DNA of 64,000 nucleotides from Nitrospirales bacterium. Its GTDB lineage: Bacteria > Nitrospirota > Nitrospiria > Nitrospirales > UBA8639. Location of the stretch: assembly GCA_965223295.1 (NCBI GenBank), contig CBDCWC010000003.1, positions 1,696,001 through 1,760,000 on the forward strand, read 5' to 3'. Under the pieces are notes generated by a model. That model had not been told where the DNA came from. It worked only from the letters and a program-made list of their open reading frames with translations, and ran no database searches. This document shows positions 1-9,722 of the stretch, in pieces. Positions within the stretch are counted from its first letter, which is position 1; each line of letters starts with the position of its first letter. Made by a program: the position numbers and the translations under genes.

Positions 1-109
1 AGATGCCTTATCCTTTTTCTTTCTTGGACGCATTCAATCAAACTACCACAGTGTTCTTGACGAAATTATTGTAATCTTTCACAATAGTCTCATCTTTTCC
101 GAGAACCTT

Positions 110-1708
110 GTGGCTACATCTTTGACTCTTTCCTTCTTCATTGCTCTTTTCATCCTCCTTTCTCCTTGGAGTAACTCTTTCACTTTTGCCCAAACCATCG
201 AAGAGTTAAAAGCGGGTGTGGTGAAAATCACCTCTCGGGTGGGAGGACAGGAACGAGTTGGTACAGGGTTTATTGTCAAATTAGAGGAGGATGTAGCTTA
301 TATTGTGACCGCATCGCATGTCGTGGAAGGTGATGCTGAACCTCTCGTCACGTTTTATCCGAAACCCACGCAATCTTTTGCAAGTCGCATTCTTGGGCTA
401 GAAGGTGCCAACCCTCAGGGGCTCGCGGCCCTTATTGTGGAGGACAATCTTCCAAACAATGTAAAAAGTTTAACGCTTGATAAAACCGTTGATTTTGCAG
501 GCACTGAAGAAATTATCGTAATTGGCTTTCCACGATTAGCTGGAAGTGCATGGATGGTGACAAGGGCCACACTAGGTGGAAAAAAAGGAAGTACTCTAAC
601 CTTCACAGGCTCAGTCAATGAGGGCAATTCAGGCGGCCCCTTGTTGCTCACAGGCAAAGTGGTGGGTGTCATCACCGAAAGTCAGGGCAGTTTTGGCCAC
701 GCTATTCCAAGCATGATGGCTCAATTTGCCCTTGAAGGATGGGGAGTCAACGTCAGGAAACACAACTCAATATTGGCAAAGAAAGCAGGGGGACAGACAA
801 ACAGCCCCTTAAAGCCTTCTCCTTGTGCAGGTGCAGGCGGTGAAGCAGCAGTCCAAGCCTTCGCGTTAGCGTTCACCGATGCGAGTTCCTTGGCTCATTT
901 CGTCCAAGATAAGGCTCACTTATTTAGCAAAAAAGGTAATGCTGTTGAATGCCTTCATCTTCTAACTTCTCATTTACAATCAGAAAGAACAATTGTGACC
1001 CAAGGTAGAGAGAGATCAGTGCCCGAGCAACCTGCATCGACTTTTCAACCCAACCGTGTCCAGGCACGAAAAGAAAGTCCGAGCCTTAAAACGAATGACC
1101 TGAAAACTTCCTTAGGTTCTCCATCGCAGTCGACGAAGATCCTCGACATAGAGATAAAAGAGGAAGCTGAAAAAAGACGGATTTTAGAAGAGGAACTTCA
1201 CAAGAGAGAAAAAGAGATGGACGAATTAAAGCAAAAGATAGCCGAACTTCAAAGGGAACGTGGTTCGAGAATGTTATACGCCCCAGTGGCAGAACTTCCA
1301 CTACGCCAACCTCCAGAATCTAAAGTAGAAAGGACGGGAGGAAAAGTAGGAGGAGGGAAAAAAGCAGTAACTATTGATCCTGCAGTAGCGGCAGCTAGAG
1401 CGGCAAGAGAAAGAATGAGTTTATCCAGAACCTACAATCTCGCTACGCAAAAATTTCCCCCTTCTACCCCTTTGTCTCTGTTATTCTCAGACCCACGGCT
1501 GGGGAAAGAATTGGCTTCGACATTGCCCGCTTTGGCAGACGGAGATTCTTCTGTTTTCCTAGCTTCATCGTTTAGCCAGAAAGCAGATAAGATTGTTGCG
1601 CCAATAGGAGATGTTGATTCTTCTATATTCCAACAAAAAACTCTCATACGAGAAATTGAAGATACTGTTCGCCCAATAATTAAACAAATTGCTACCGAGA
1701 AACAATAA
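110..1708 (+). CDS. Secreted trypsin-like (S1) serine protease with C-terminal coiled-coil/unknown region
   Basis: Signal peptide; GTGFIV, TASHVV (His) and GNSGGP (Ser) motifs; E/K/R-rich coiled coil around aa 345-385. Confidence 0.85.
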   Translation: MATSLTLSFFIALFILLSPWSNSFTFAQTIEELKAGVVKITSRVGGQERVGTGFIVKLEEDVAYIVTASHVVEGDAEPLVTFYPKPTQSFASRILGLEGANPQGLAALIVEDNLPNNVKSLTLDKTVDFAGTEEIIVIGFPRLAGSAWMVTRATLGGKKGSTLTFTGSVNEGNSGGPLLLTGKVVGVITESQGSFGHAIPSMMAQFALEGWGVNVRKHNSILAKKAGGQTNSPLKPSPCAGAGGEAAVQAFALAFTDASSLAHFVQDKAHLFSKKGNAVECLHLLTSHLQSERTIVTQGRERSVPEQPASTFQPNRVQARKESPSLKTNDLKTSLGSPSQSTKILDIEIKEEAEKRRILEEELHKREKEMDELKQKIAELQRERGSRMLYAPVAELPLRQPPESKVERTGGKVGGGKKAVTIDPAVAAARAARERMSLSRTYNLATQKFPPSTPLSLLFSDPRLGKELASTLPALADGDSSVFLASSFSQKADKIVAPIGDVDSSIFQQKTLIREIEDTVRPIIKQIATEKQ

Positions 1709-2125
1709 ATTCCCTCTTCAATCACATGATCGCCTTTGATCTCTTGCTCATCGATTAACCAGACATCTTCCACCTTCTTGAGTGCATACGTTTCTACCTG
1801 CCGCACCTCTCCAATCACGAGATAGAGTCTAGGCTCAATCGTCACTAAAGCCTTCTCCCCCTACGTGCTCTCCTCTATCATCTTCCCTTCCAAATACTTG
1901 AACTGCAAATCCTTCATCAGAAAGCCATTCTTCTCAAACCAATCTTGAGACGACACTCCATCTCTCAAGTTCGCTGTGGTCAGGGTCGCAGCTTTGACTA
2001 AGTCTTTGGGGTACAGTGCAACCATGGGAAAATAACTTCCGTGGGCGTGAGGAGTTGCTGGGCCGGTATGGAACGGTTGTGAAAAACACAATCCCCAGGA
2101 CAAAGAACAGAGCAGCTTGCTTCAT
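1709..2125 (-). pseudogene. Disrupted secreted NTF2/DUF4878-like protein
   Basis: Signal peptide MKQAALFFVLGIVFF in one frame; LTPTEVIFPWL and LYPKDLVKAATLTT in two other frames; in-frame TAG at 1861-1863 (MIEEST*GEKALVTIEP) continues into ORF 1432..1845 (YALKKVEDVWLIDE). Confidence 0.6.
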
Positions 2126-2300
2126 GGGCAGTTCCTCATTTAGAAAAGCACCTCGTCATTGCTTTTTTACATTGGGTAAGAATGGAAAGAGCAATTGCTC
2201 AGGAGAAGGGGGGCTTATGGACAATTTATGGCTAAGGTGCATTCGGAATCTTGGGCTTCCTGTACAGAGTCGGTGAAATACGGGGCAAGAGATAGGGGAT

Positions 2301-2504
2301 TTAACTGCTCGCACGCTTTTTAAACACCAGCCAGACCAGGATGCCTCCCACGATCACTCCCGCAAGGGAAAAGACTGCGATGGGAAGGTTGAGAGTGCCA
2401 GGGGCTTGCAGATTCTCTAAGCCCATATAGCCACCCAGAAGAAGCAAAAGAGCACCCACGAAGAGGCCGATGGCCTGTAGGAGAATGGAGAAAATGTTTT
2501 TCAC
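2301..2504 (-). CDS. Small two-TM membrane protein
   Basis: 67 aa, two hydrophobic helices, basic C-terminus. Confidence 0.55.
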   Translation of the reverse strand: MKNIFSILLQAIGLFVGALLLLLGGYMGLENLQAPGTLNLPIAVFSLAGVIVGGILVWLVFKKRASS

Positions 2505-2685
2505 ACTATATCGACCACCTGAAATATCACAATTCCTCTTAAACCCTCTTTGTCCTACTGCATGACAGATCAGATGAGGATGTGCGGTTCACATTCCGTA
2601 GTAGATCTAGCCTGAGTGGCGTGCCCCCTTTAAACGGCTCCGAGGCCTATGTTACAGGCTAGGGCATATAAAAAAGGAGGGTATC

Positions 2686-2964
2686 ATGGCACGTGTGAAG
2701 TACTCGGTTGAACAAATCATTCACAAACTGCGGGAAGCGGAGGTCCTGTTGGGGCAAGGGCAGACCGTCAAAGACATTTGTCGGAAGTGGAATATCACCG
2801 ATCCCACCTACTATCGGTGGCGGCAGGAATATGGTGGACTGAAGCTTGATCAGGCGAAACGACTCAAAGACTTGGAGCGCGAGAATGCCCGCTTGAAGCG
2901 AGCCGTGGCAGATCTCACCCTGGATAAATTGATTCTGAAGGAAGCAGCTGAGGGAAACTTCTAA
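2686..2964 (+). CDS. IS3 transposase OrfA (HTH_Tnp_1)
   Basis: [38 protein letters not shown]. Confidence 0.92.
   Translation: MARVKYSVEQIIHKLREAEVLLGQGQTVKDICRKWNITDPTYYRWRQEYGGLKLDQAKRLKDLERENARLKRAVADLTLDKLILKEAAEGNF
2952..2958 (+). promoter_or_regulatory. -1 programmed frameshift heptamer G_GGA_AAC joining OrfA to OrfB
   Basis: GGGAAAC at the end of orfA; the -1 frame is open ([12 protein letters not shown]...) and in frame with orfB. Confidence 0.8.
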
Positions 2965-3014
2965 GCCCCACCCGACGCCGCCGAGCCGTTCACACCATTG
3001 GGCAACGACTGAGG

Positions 3015-3797
3015 GTGGCGGAACGGCGGACGTGCCAGGTGCTGGGGCAACCTCGATCGACACAGCGGTATCAGGCTCAGGTCCGAGGGGACGAAGAAGC
3101 GTTAACTAAAACGATTGTGCGGCTGGCTCGAAAGTATGGGCGCTATGGCTACCGACGCATCACCGCGTTGGTTCGAGTCGAGGGCTGGCACGTGAATCAT
3201 AAACGCGTGGAACGGATTTGGCGGCGGGAAGGCTTAAAAGTGCCGAAGAAGCAACCCAAACGGGGGCGACTCTGGATCAACAAGGACTCCTGTGTGCGGC
3301 TCCAGCCTCAACATCCAAATCATGTCTGGGCCTACGATTTTGTGGCCACGCGGACCCATGATGGTCGCCCGGTACGCTTGCTGACCATTGTCGATGAATA
3401 TACCCGAGAATGTTTGGCTATTGAGGTCGCTCGGCATCTTCGAGCCGATGATGTGCTACATCGGCTGGCTGAGCTGTTTCTGCAGCACGGTTGTCCGGGA
3501 TATATTCGTTCGGATAACGGCCCAGAATTTACCGCGAAGGCTGTTCGACAATGGCTCGCCCAGCTAGGGGTCGGCACCTTGTTTATCGAACCAGGCAGCC
3601 CCTGGGAGAATGGCTATAATGAGAGTTTGAATGGCAAACTGCGGGATGAGCTCTTGAACGGGGAAATCTTCTATACGCTCCGGGAAGCGCAAGTGCTCAT
3701 CGAATGGTGGCGGCAACACTATAAGCAGGTGCGTCCCCATAGCGCTTTAGGATACAAACCACCAACCCCTGAGGCATTAATTCCAAAATGCGCTTAA
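3015..3797 (+). CDS. IS3 transposase OrfB (DDE integrase core)
   Basis: [50 protein letters not shown]. Confidence 0.95.
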   Translation: MAERRTCQVLGQPRSTQRYQAQVRGDEEALTKTIVRLARKYGRYGYRRITALVRVEGWHVNHKRVERIWRREGLKVPKKQPKRGRLWINKDSCVRLQPQHPNHVWAYDFVATRTHDGRPVRLLTIVDEYTRECLAIEVARHLRADDVLHRLAELFLQHGCPGYIRSDNGPEFTAKAVRQWLAQLGVGTLFIEPGSPWENGYNESLNGKLRDELLNGEIFYTLREAQVLIEWWRQHYKQVRPHSALGYKPPTPEALIPKCA

Positions 3798-3833
3798 AGC
3801 TGCATGCACACTGGAACAATCACTGGGGGCACG

Positions 3834-4298
3834 TCACTTCAGTAAATCAAGATCGTTATGCACCAAATGAATATCGAAATCTACTATATTCTGGATTTGA
3901 TTGAGATAATGCCTGCCCTCTATAGCTAGGGCCTTCAAAGAACGATGATCTTTGTTGTAAACATTCTCATTAATGACAACAATTACACTGATCGTCGCTC
4001 CCACGATAATCGTCAAATTTCGTGCTAATGGGCTTGTTTTAGCTTGTAAAAGCCCTGCTAGGACACCCAATAACCCGATGGTTACCGCCAGGCCCAACGT
4101 AACTTTAGCATCCCATTCCCATTCCTGAATCTTTCGGCTTCTCTCATCAATTGTCTTCTTCAGTGTTTGTTCCACTATGGTTTTCAATTCAGGTTTATAG
4201 TTGATATGCGGCTGCTGTTGTGCATCAATTGTGGATGCCAAACCAAACAGCAGTAAACCCACGCTCATCAGAAGGATACCCCTTGCTATTTTTGGCAT
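3834..4298 (-). pseudogene. Membrane protein (signal + 2 TM, DUF4231/SLATT-like hairpin) truncated by the IS
   Basis: ATG at 4298 with AAGGAG RBS; the stop codon is the TGA formed by the IS right end (3834-3836). Confidence 0.6.
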
Positions 4299-4743
4299 GG
4301 CTCTCTCCTTCCCACCTTCATGCAAGCTTTCCCACAAGCGGAGAGTTGCAGGACAGAGTTTTCCAAGTTCGACCGGAGAAGAGATGCAGGTGACTTCCTG
4401 CATGACCCCGTACACTCGTACTACTGCTGTTCGTCACAGCGGTGCTTTCTCGCTTACCTGGAAAACTATATGTAAGTTGCGTAAATAAAACAACAGTGAT
4501 TAGGCACATTACAATTGCCGCTTTACTGAAAAGGATCAGTTGAGACTGACGTAAAATCAAGAGGTTAGACCTCTACCACCACCTGTCATTGACGCTTTTA
4601 ATGAGAAAAGACAAGAAAGAACGAACAGAAAACGGATCAGAAACGAGAGGCAATCAGTCGGCCAATGGATTCAGAAACTCGTCCTGAAACTGTGCACCCT
4701 ACAAAATTATTCGAATAAAGGAAAGAAAATCAAAGAAAATCTC

Positions 4744-4926
4744 CTAGGCATTCGCCTCAGGCAACTTGCTCCCCGCTAGCTTCCTCCATTCCAACAATAG
4801 AATGGTAAGGCCTAGAAGCTCATTGGCATGATTGGCAGAAAGGCCATGCTGAACAATGATTTCCATGAGCCGATCAATAACCACATTCTCTTAAGCGGTG
4901 AATGCCTCAGAAGATGAGCAGGACAT
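4744..4926 (-). pseudogene. Small helical protein with internal stop
   Basis: AGGAGG RBS, then MSCSSSEAFTA*ENVVIDRLMEIIVQHGLSANHANELLGLTILLLEWRKL... Confidence 0.35.
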
Positions 4927-5406
4927 GGGTTCCCCTCCTACCTGATGTTGGAAACTCCCCATTCGAAGGATAGCCGTGAATCTAAGAATTTGCGAGAATG
5001 CGTGGGTATAGTTGTCTTCTTAATAATCCCGGCCTCTGGGGGAAATGTTCCTTCAGGGGCCGTGGTGTTTCTAGTCAAACTCGTACAACAACTCCACACC
5101 CCATGATTGGGAGACGCATGACGTTTCATTCTGCATTCTAAGATTCAGTCAGACGATTCGAAGAATTTCAAATTAATTCGACCGTTCCAACAATTGGATA
5201 CCATTTTAAACCCATTCAGATACATCTTTGGTCATCGACGAGATTGTCCTCCTCCCTCTTCTCTCCAGTTTCTTTCAATAAAATCAATCAGTTTGATTCA
5301 TGACGCTTCGAAGGCTCGAGATGAGTAGGAAAATGGTCTGCCAATTGCTTTCTCAAAGCTTCAGCATTCACCACCAAAGCCTCTATTTAAAGAAAGGACG
5401 AAAGCC

Positions 5407-5619
5407 ATGGATGCTAACACACTTCTCAAACTGCCTATCAGTGCGATGGACGAGGCCACACTGGCCGCCACCGATCCTTGTCGATCTAACCGATCTGGGA
5501 ATCTCTTCTGCGGATGGTGTTTACATGATATTCGCTTGGTGTGTCGCACGAAGACGGGCGTCATCTGCGCAGATTGCGGGCAGAATTTAGACGTTACGGC
5601 ACAAGCATTCTTGGATTAA
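5407..5619 (+). CDS. Small zinc-ribbon protein
   Basis: CGWC...CADC motifs; AAGGA RBS. Confidence 0.5.
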   Translation: MDANTLLKLPISAMDEATLAATDPCRSNRSGNLFCGWCLHDIRLVCRTKTGVICADCGQNLDVTAQAFLD

Positions 5620-5791
5620 CGCTCAGAGAGACTACCCTTTTACCCTTGTGTCGAAAATGCATATGCTTGAGGAACCTGTCTGAGATTTCAGTCGGCCCAA
5701 CCATTTTCCGCTAAGGAACTCCGGTAGCAGAGAGAGTTCGCCGCTCATTCAGACGAAGCCATTAGCGTATCCCGTAGCCTCCCGCAGTTCG

Positions 5792-6030
5792 TTACTCCGG
5801 AAAGATACAGTCGGGGTGATCATTCCTCGGATTGATCACCATAAGACTCACCGGATAGGCTTCCATGTCTTCAGCTTCATACGGTTGAAGAAGTGAATGT
5901 CGTGCCGTTGCATCCTTCATGTCAGGATCGAGTCACGAGGGATAGGTTGATGCTGGAAGAATCACCGGCATGCGATGATGAATCGGTTCCATCAGACTAT
6001 TGGCATGAATAGTAATCAGGCTACTTGAGC
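5792..6030 (-). pseudogene. C-terminal remnant of SOS-response-associated peptidase (SRAP/YedK family)
   Basis: LITIHANSLMEPIHHRMPVILP..YPS*LDP..LLQPYEAEDMEAYPVSLMVINPRNDHPDCI; W codon changed to TGA at 5933; N-terminus missing. Confidence 0.85.
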
Positions 6031-6337
6031 CAAGACTGTTCAACACTTGAAAATGATTTTTTTGATGTCCCCAGAGAAGCCATTCTAATGTAGAAGCGAG
6101 CGTCTGATTTTTTAACCCACCCCCCTGCAAAGTATTCTGACCCCCACCCCCTCACATTTCCTACTTACAACAGAAGAATGTAGCCAGTGTCAGTTAGGTG
6201 TCAGAAAGAGGTCGCAAGGCAGGAGAACAGGGGTAAAAAGAAACTAAGAGAAGAAAAAGCCTGAAGCAGTGTTTAGGCAGGAGGGGCAAGGGGATTGCCA
6301 GTCTTATCAAAGACTTGAGCAACCCCCTGACGATTGA

Positions 6338-6382
6338 TTTGTAAACCGTAGGTCGGTGGTTCAATCCCACTCGCCGGCTCCA
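6338..6382 (+). tRNA. 3' fragment of tRNA-Thr(TGT) (att site, not a full tRNA)
   Basis: TTTGTAA-ACCGT-AGGTC-GGTGG-TTCAATC-CCACT-CGCCGGC-T-CCA; no 5' acceptor strand, D-arm or 5' anticodon stem upstream. Confidence 0.8.
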
Positions 6383-6507
6383 CAATTTCACTATATTACA
6401 ATTTTTTGAGATTCATGTTCATCAATCTGTTCTTGGTGTTCGGGTTACCTTTTTAAATCTGTTGACGATTTGTAGAGGAAGAGGCTGCGCCAAAAAAACC
6501 AGAACGT

Positions 6508-7179
6508 TTATGTTTCTTTCGGTAAGTTTAGTGACTTGTTGAGAGAACGAGCGGGGGCGATATAGATAGTTTCCGGGTCTACCGGTTTACCGGTAATCAT
6601 GTGCACGATTTCAAAAATAAAATCTTCCTCGGTTGTTCCGCTTTCTTCCTGGTAATGAGTCAATACGGCTTCAGCCATCTTGAGCAGCTCTGTCAGATCA
6701 ATCTTCCAAGCTTCGGACTCTTTGTAAAAATGAAACCGGTACAATGAGGATGTTTCTGGACGGGCAATGGCATTGCCGCTTGCAAAGTCGCCATTGATCC
6801 CAATTTCTCCTAGGCCAAGAGTCTGCATTGAATCGTTCTTTACCCATCCCTGATTCACGGCATATTCAAAAAGGGCCTGTCCATTCATGCCAATGAGGTG
6901 TGTATCAGGGATATTGAGCTGGGCAAGAACGACCTGTATTCTGTCGAATAATCCAAACTCGACGAAGTCTTTTTTCTCCGCATACACGACCTTGTAGCAG
7001 AGCTCATCCCAATACTTCCTCGTTTTTCGGTCGATGAGAGAATAGGCCAGGACGCCCTGATCATCTTGGATCGCTTGCATGTAGGTGTCAAAAGTCTGAT
7101 GAATCCGGCGGGTTTCAGGAGTTGTGCATCCGTAGGCCAGGACTAACAGGATGAGCAAGAGGAACTTTGAGAAATTCAT
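6508..7179 (-). CDS. Hypothetical lipoprotein (NTF2/DUF4878-like)
   Basis: LAYGC lipobox; FYKESEAWKID motif. Confidence 0.75.
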   Translation of the reverse strand: MNFSKFLLLILLVLAYGCTTPETRRIHQTFDTYMQAIQDDQGVLAYSLIDRKTRKYWDELCYKVVYAEKKDFVEFGLFDRIQVVLAQLNIPDTHLIGMNGQALFEYAVNQGWVKNDSMQTLGLGEIGINGDFASGNAIARPETSSLYRFHFYKESEAWKIDLTELLKMAEAVLTHYQEESGTTEEDFIFEIVHMITGKPVDPETIYIAPARSLNKSLNLPKET

Positions 7180-7571
7180 GTATATAACAGTTGCAGCTTT
7201 CGGTAACGGCTAGAAAATATAAAAGAACGTGGTTGAAAGCGACATTGTAACATCTCCACCTATGATGTCGGTCTTCCCCATTCGAGGGGGTGGAGTAGGT
7301 AGAATCAGGTGATAGAGTTTTTTGATCATATCGATGTCTTTTGAAGTAGAAGGCAGGGGAAACTTTGTGAAGGCTTTGTTCTTTAGATCTCACTCTTGGT
7401 GCAGACTGCAATAGCGATAGACCTGCCAGCATGATTGCTGTGGGAAAATGGTTGATTTAGGATAAAACTCAGGTAAGCTAGGACGAACCGATTGAGATGA
7501 TTCATATATTTTGAAACATCTAAGCGATAATATTTGATTGCGGAATTTATACCTAAGAGGAGGGAGACTCT

Positions 7572-8000
7572 ATGGCTGTAACAAGTGAACTGGATGTCAT
7601 AATGCCGACGCAAAATATGAATACCTCTTTGGGGTCTCAAAAATCGTTTCAAGTCCCGACCCCTGTCCTTCAAGCCAAGAAGGAAGTGGTGGCCTTTTTT
7701 GGTGTTGGTGTAGAATGTATTGGGGAAATTTGGTATGAGGGAAATGTGCAAATAGACGGACGGTTAGAAGGCACGGTCCATACGAAAGGGACGTTAGTCA
7801 TTGGAGATCGGGCTGTGGTTAAGGCAAAGATTGAGGCAGGGGCAGTGATTTGTAAAGGGAATGTTCAGGGAGATGTGGTGGCCAATGAATCGATCAAATT
7901 GCTGGCTCCGGGTTTGATTGATGGAACAATGCGTGCTCCCCGGCTCTCAGTAGAAACGGGAGGGGTCTTTAATGGGCGTGTAAGTATGGGGTCTTCTTAA
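7572..8000 (+). CDS. Bactofilin (polymer-forming cytoskeletal protein)
   Basis: VQIDGRLEGTV..GTLVIG..AVVKAKIEA..GNVQGDV..GGVFNG. Confidence 0.9.
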   Translation: MAVTSELDVIMPTQNMNTSLGSQKSFQVPTPVLQAKKEVVAFFGVGVECIGEIWYEGNVQIDGRLEGTVHTKGTLVIGDRAVVKAKIEAGAVICKGNVQGDVVANESIKLLAPGLIDGTMRAPRLSVETGGVFNGRVSMGSS

Positions 8001-8469
8001 AGGTAAAAGTTCGTATCTTTCTTCGGTCTAAAGCTCTCCCTCCACAATACAATCTCTATATCTATTGTGTGGTGATGTCTAGCATCAGCTGATTGAGGCG
8101 TTTCTTTGTTTTTTCCCTACTGTTCTTTGTTTAATCTTTCGTTGGCTTCTTTTGTCTTCTGAGGTTTTTTGTTTCATTCTCGCCAATGTTTCTTTTGATC
8201 CTCACCTTTTTCTCTCAATGATACGACTCGGCTATTTCTAAATTGTCGGGATCGTTAACCCTTCCTCCTGCTTCAACTCTATCTTACTCCAGCAAAGATC
8301 ATCATTCTTCACTGTCGGCTACATACTCCCTGGTGTGGCTGTCGATGATTTTAACAGTAAATTCTTTTGCTCAACTTTGTAGGAGTCGACATGTGTGTTT
8401 TCCTTGGTTGCTTTTGGCTGGTTAGCGTGAAATTGCTAAGAATTGTGCAAGTTGTTTGTACCAGTGGGT

Positions 8470-8486
8470 TAGGCACACCATTTGCT
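8470..8486 (+). promoter_or_regulatory. sigma-54 -24/-12 promoter
   Basis: TAGGCACACCATTTGCT (GGCAC-N5-TTGC) ~40 bp upstream of ATG 8527. Confidence 0.65.
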
Positions 8487-8526
8487 CAAACCAAAAGGAC
8501 AATCAACACTTTCAAAAAGGGGCACC

Positions 8527-8712
8527 ATGAAAATTTGCGAAAAATGCCAAGGCTCAATGGTTATGGAGCGAGCCGTAGACTTAGAAGTCGGGTTGAGTAT
8601 ATTGTACTTTGCTTGTTTGAATTGTGGAAAACGTCTTCAGGCGGAGAAAGAACCTCAACCTCTGGTCCATTCAATTATTGATACTCACCCACCAGTCAAT
8701 GGAGGAGCATAA
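8527..8712 (+). CDS. Small zinc-ribbon protein
   Basis: MKICEKCQG...CLNCG; RBS AAGGGG. Confidence 0.75.
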   Translation: MKICEKCQGSMVMERAVDLEVGLSILYFACLNCGKRLQAEKEPQPLVHSIIDTHPPVNGGA

Positions 8713-8960
8713 TGCAGAAACATAGCCGACCACTTACACATGATGAAAAAAAAGGTGCGGAAGCCGCATTCAAAGGTGCGCCATTTGATCCGAAATGGTC
8801 TGAAGCTGCCAGAAAAGTATATTTAGGTATTTCTGCGGCGATGGCCAATAAACGGAATGAAGCGTTTCAAGAGATTCGTCCTGCTCGACCAGCTATCCAA
8901 ATAAGACGGACTGCATCTGAGCCAAAGCAGCGGTCTCGCGCAAAATCTAGCTTATGGTAA
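8712..8960 (+). CDS. Hypothetical protein
   Basis: GGAGGA RBS; TAATG overlap with the upstream gene. Confidence 0.7.
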   Translation: MQKHSRPLTHDEKKGAEAAFKGAPFDPKWSEAARKVYLGISAAMANKRNEAFQEIRPARPAIQIRRTASEPKQRSRAKSSLW

Positions 8961-9159
8961 ATCAGGCATTATTTTATGACGGGGACAGTCCAGGGCTGTC
9001 CTCACATTCCTTCCCTGAGCTCGACAGGTTAACTTTCCTCAAATACAATCATCTAGGACGGTTTCAAAAAAAAGCTTCTTGTTAACAAGGTCTATGAGGG
9101 ATGCAGTTTAATTTTCGTGTGAATATGTCGACCAGAGTCACTTCAGCCCATCTATTCTG

Positions 9160-9717
9160 ATGTCCCAAGAAACCACTTTTATAGGATTCGGGTCGAATCT
9201 AGGGGATCGTCAGGAGTTTTGTGATCGGGCTATTGCGCTGATGAATTTATTGCCTCTTTCACAGGTGACTGGAGTGTCGTCTTACTATGAGACGGAACCA
9301 GTTGATCCTGAAGGGAAGCATAAGGAACACTGGTTCTATAATGGCGTTATGCGTTTGAATACCTCTTTAAGTCCTACTCGTCTTTTTGACATCCTACAAG
9401 AAACGGAACGTAGCCTGGGCCGGGGGGAAGACAATCGACAAGGCCCGCGCACAATGGATTTCGATATTCTCCTGTTTGGTCAACAGCAGATTGACCAGCC
9501 ACGCTTAACCATCCCTCACCCGCGTCTACACCAGCGGCGGTTTGTTCTGGAACCCTTGGTGGAGCTGGATTCAGATTATATGCATCCAGTCTTGCATCGA
9601 TCTATGCAGGAACTTCTTGATAGTCTGAAAGATTCCAGTCGTGTGAATAAACTTTCAATCAAGCCAGGGTTGAAATATCAGTCTCGTCCGGCTTGTTCAA
9701 TCCCCCCTTCTTCATAA
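9160..9717 (+). CDS. folK: 2-amino-4-hydroxy-6-hydroxymethyldihydropteridine pyrophosphokinase
   Basis: IGFGSNLGDR, GPRTMDFDILLF, LTIPHPRLHQRRFVLEPL. Confidence 0.95.
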   Translation: MSQETTFIGFGSNLGDRQEFCDRAIALMNLLPLSQVTGVSSYYETEPVDPEGKHKEHWFYNGVMRLNTSLSPTRLFDILQETERSLGRGEDNRQGPRTMDFDILLFGQQQIDQPRLTIPHPRLHQRRFVLEPLVELDSDYMHPVLHRSMQELLDSLKDSSRVNKLSIKPGLKYQSRPACSIPPSS

Positions 9718-9722
9718 AGTCT

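Larger units (their letters stand above)
2617..3836 (+). mobile_element. IS3-family insertion sequence (IS407-like group), 1220 bp
   Basis: IRL TGGCGTGCCCCC (2617) / IRR GGGGGCACGTCA (ends 3836); orfA plus orfB; no target duplication visible. Confidence 0.92.

Noticed and set aside
1432-1708. Genuine antisense overlap of ORF 1432..1845 with the protease
   Set aside because: Most likely run-on of a pseudogene that lost its stop.
1861-5935. Stop-codon readthrough or recoding (TAG 1861, TGA 5933)
   Set aside because: Accompanied by frameshifts and truncations, with different stop types; decay explains it better.
6300-6382. Complete tRNA gene (Thr or Tyr)
   Set aside because: No 5' acceptor strand, D-arm or pairing 5' anticodon stem; no long variable arm for Tyr; treated as an att fragment.
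7115-8460. ORFs and pyrimidine-rich tracts flanking bactofilin
   Set aside because: No RBS, motif or convincing structure; treated as intergenic.
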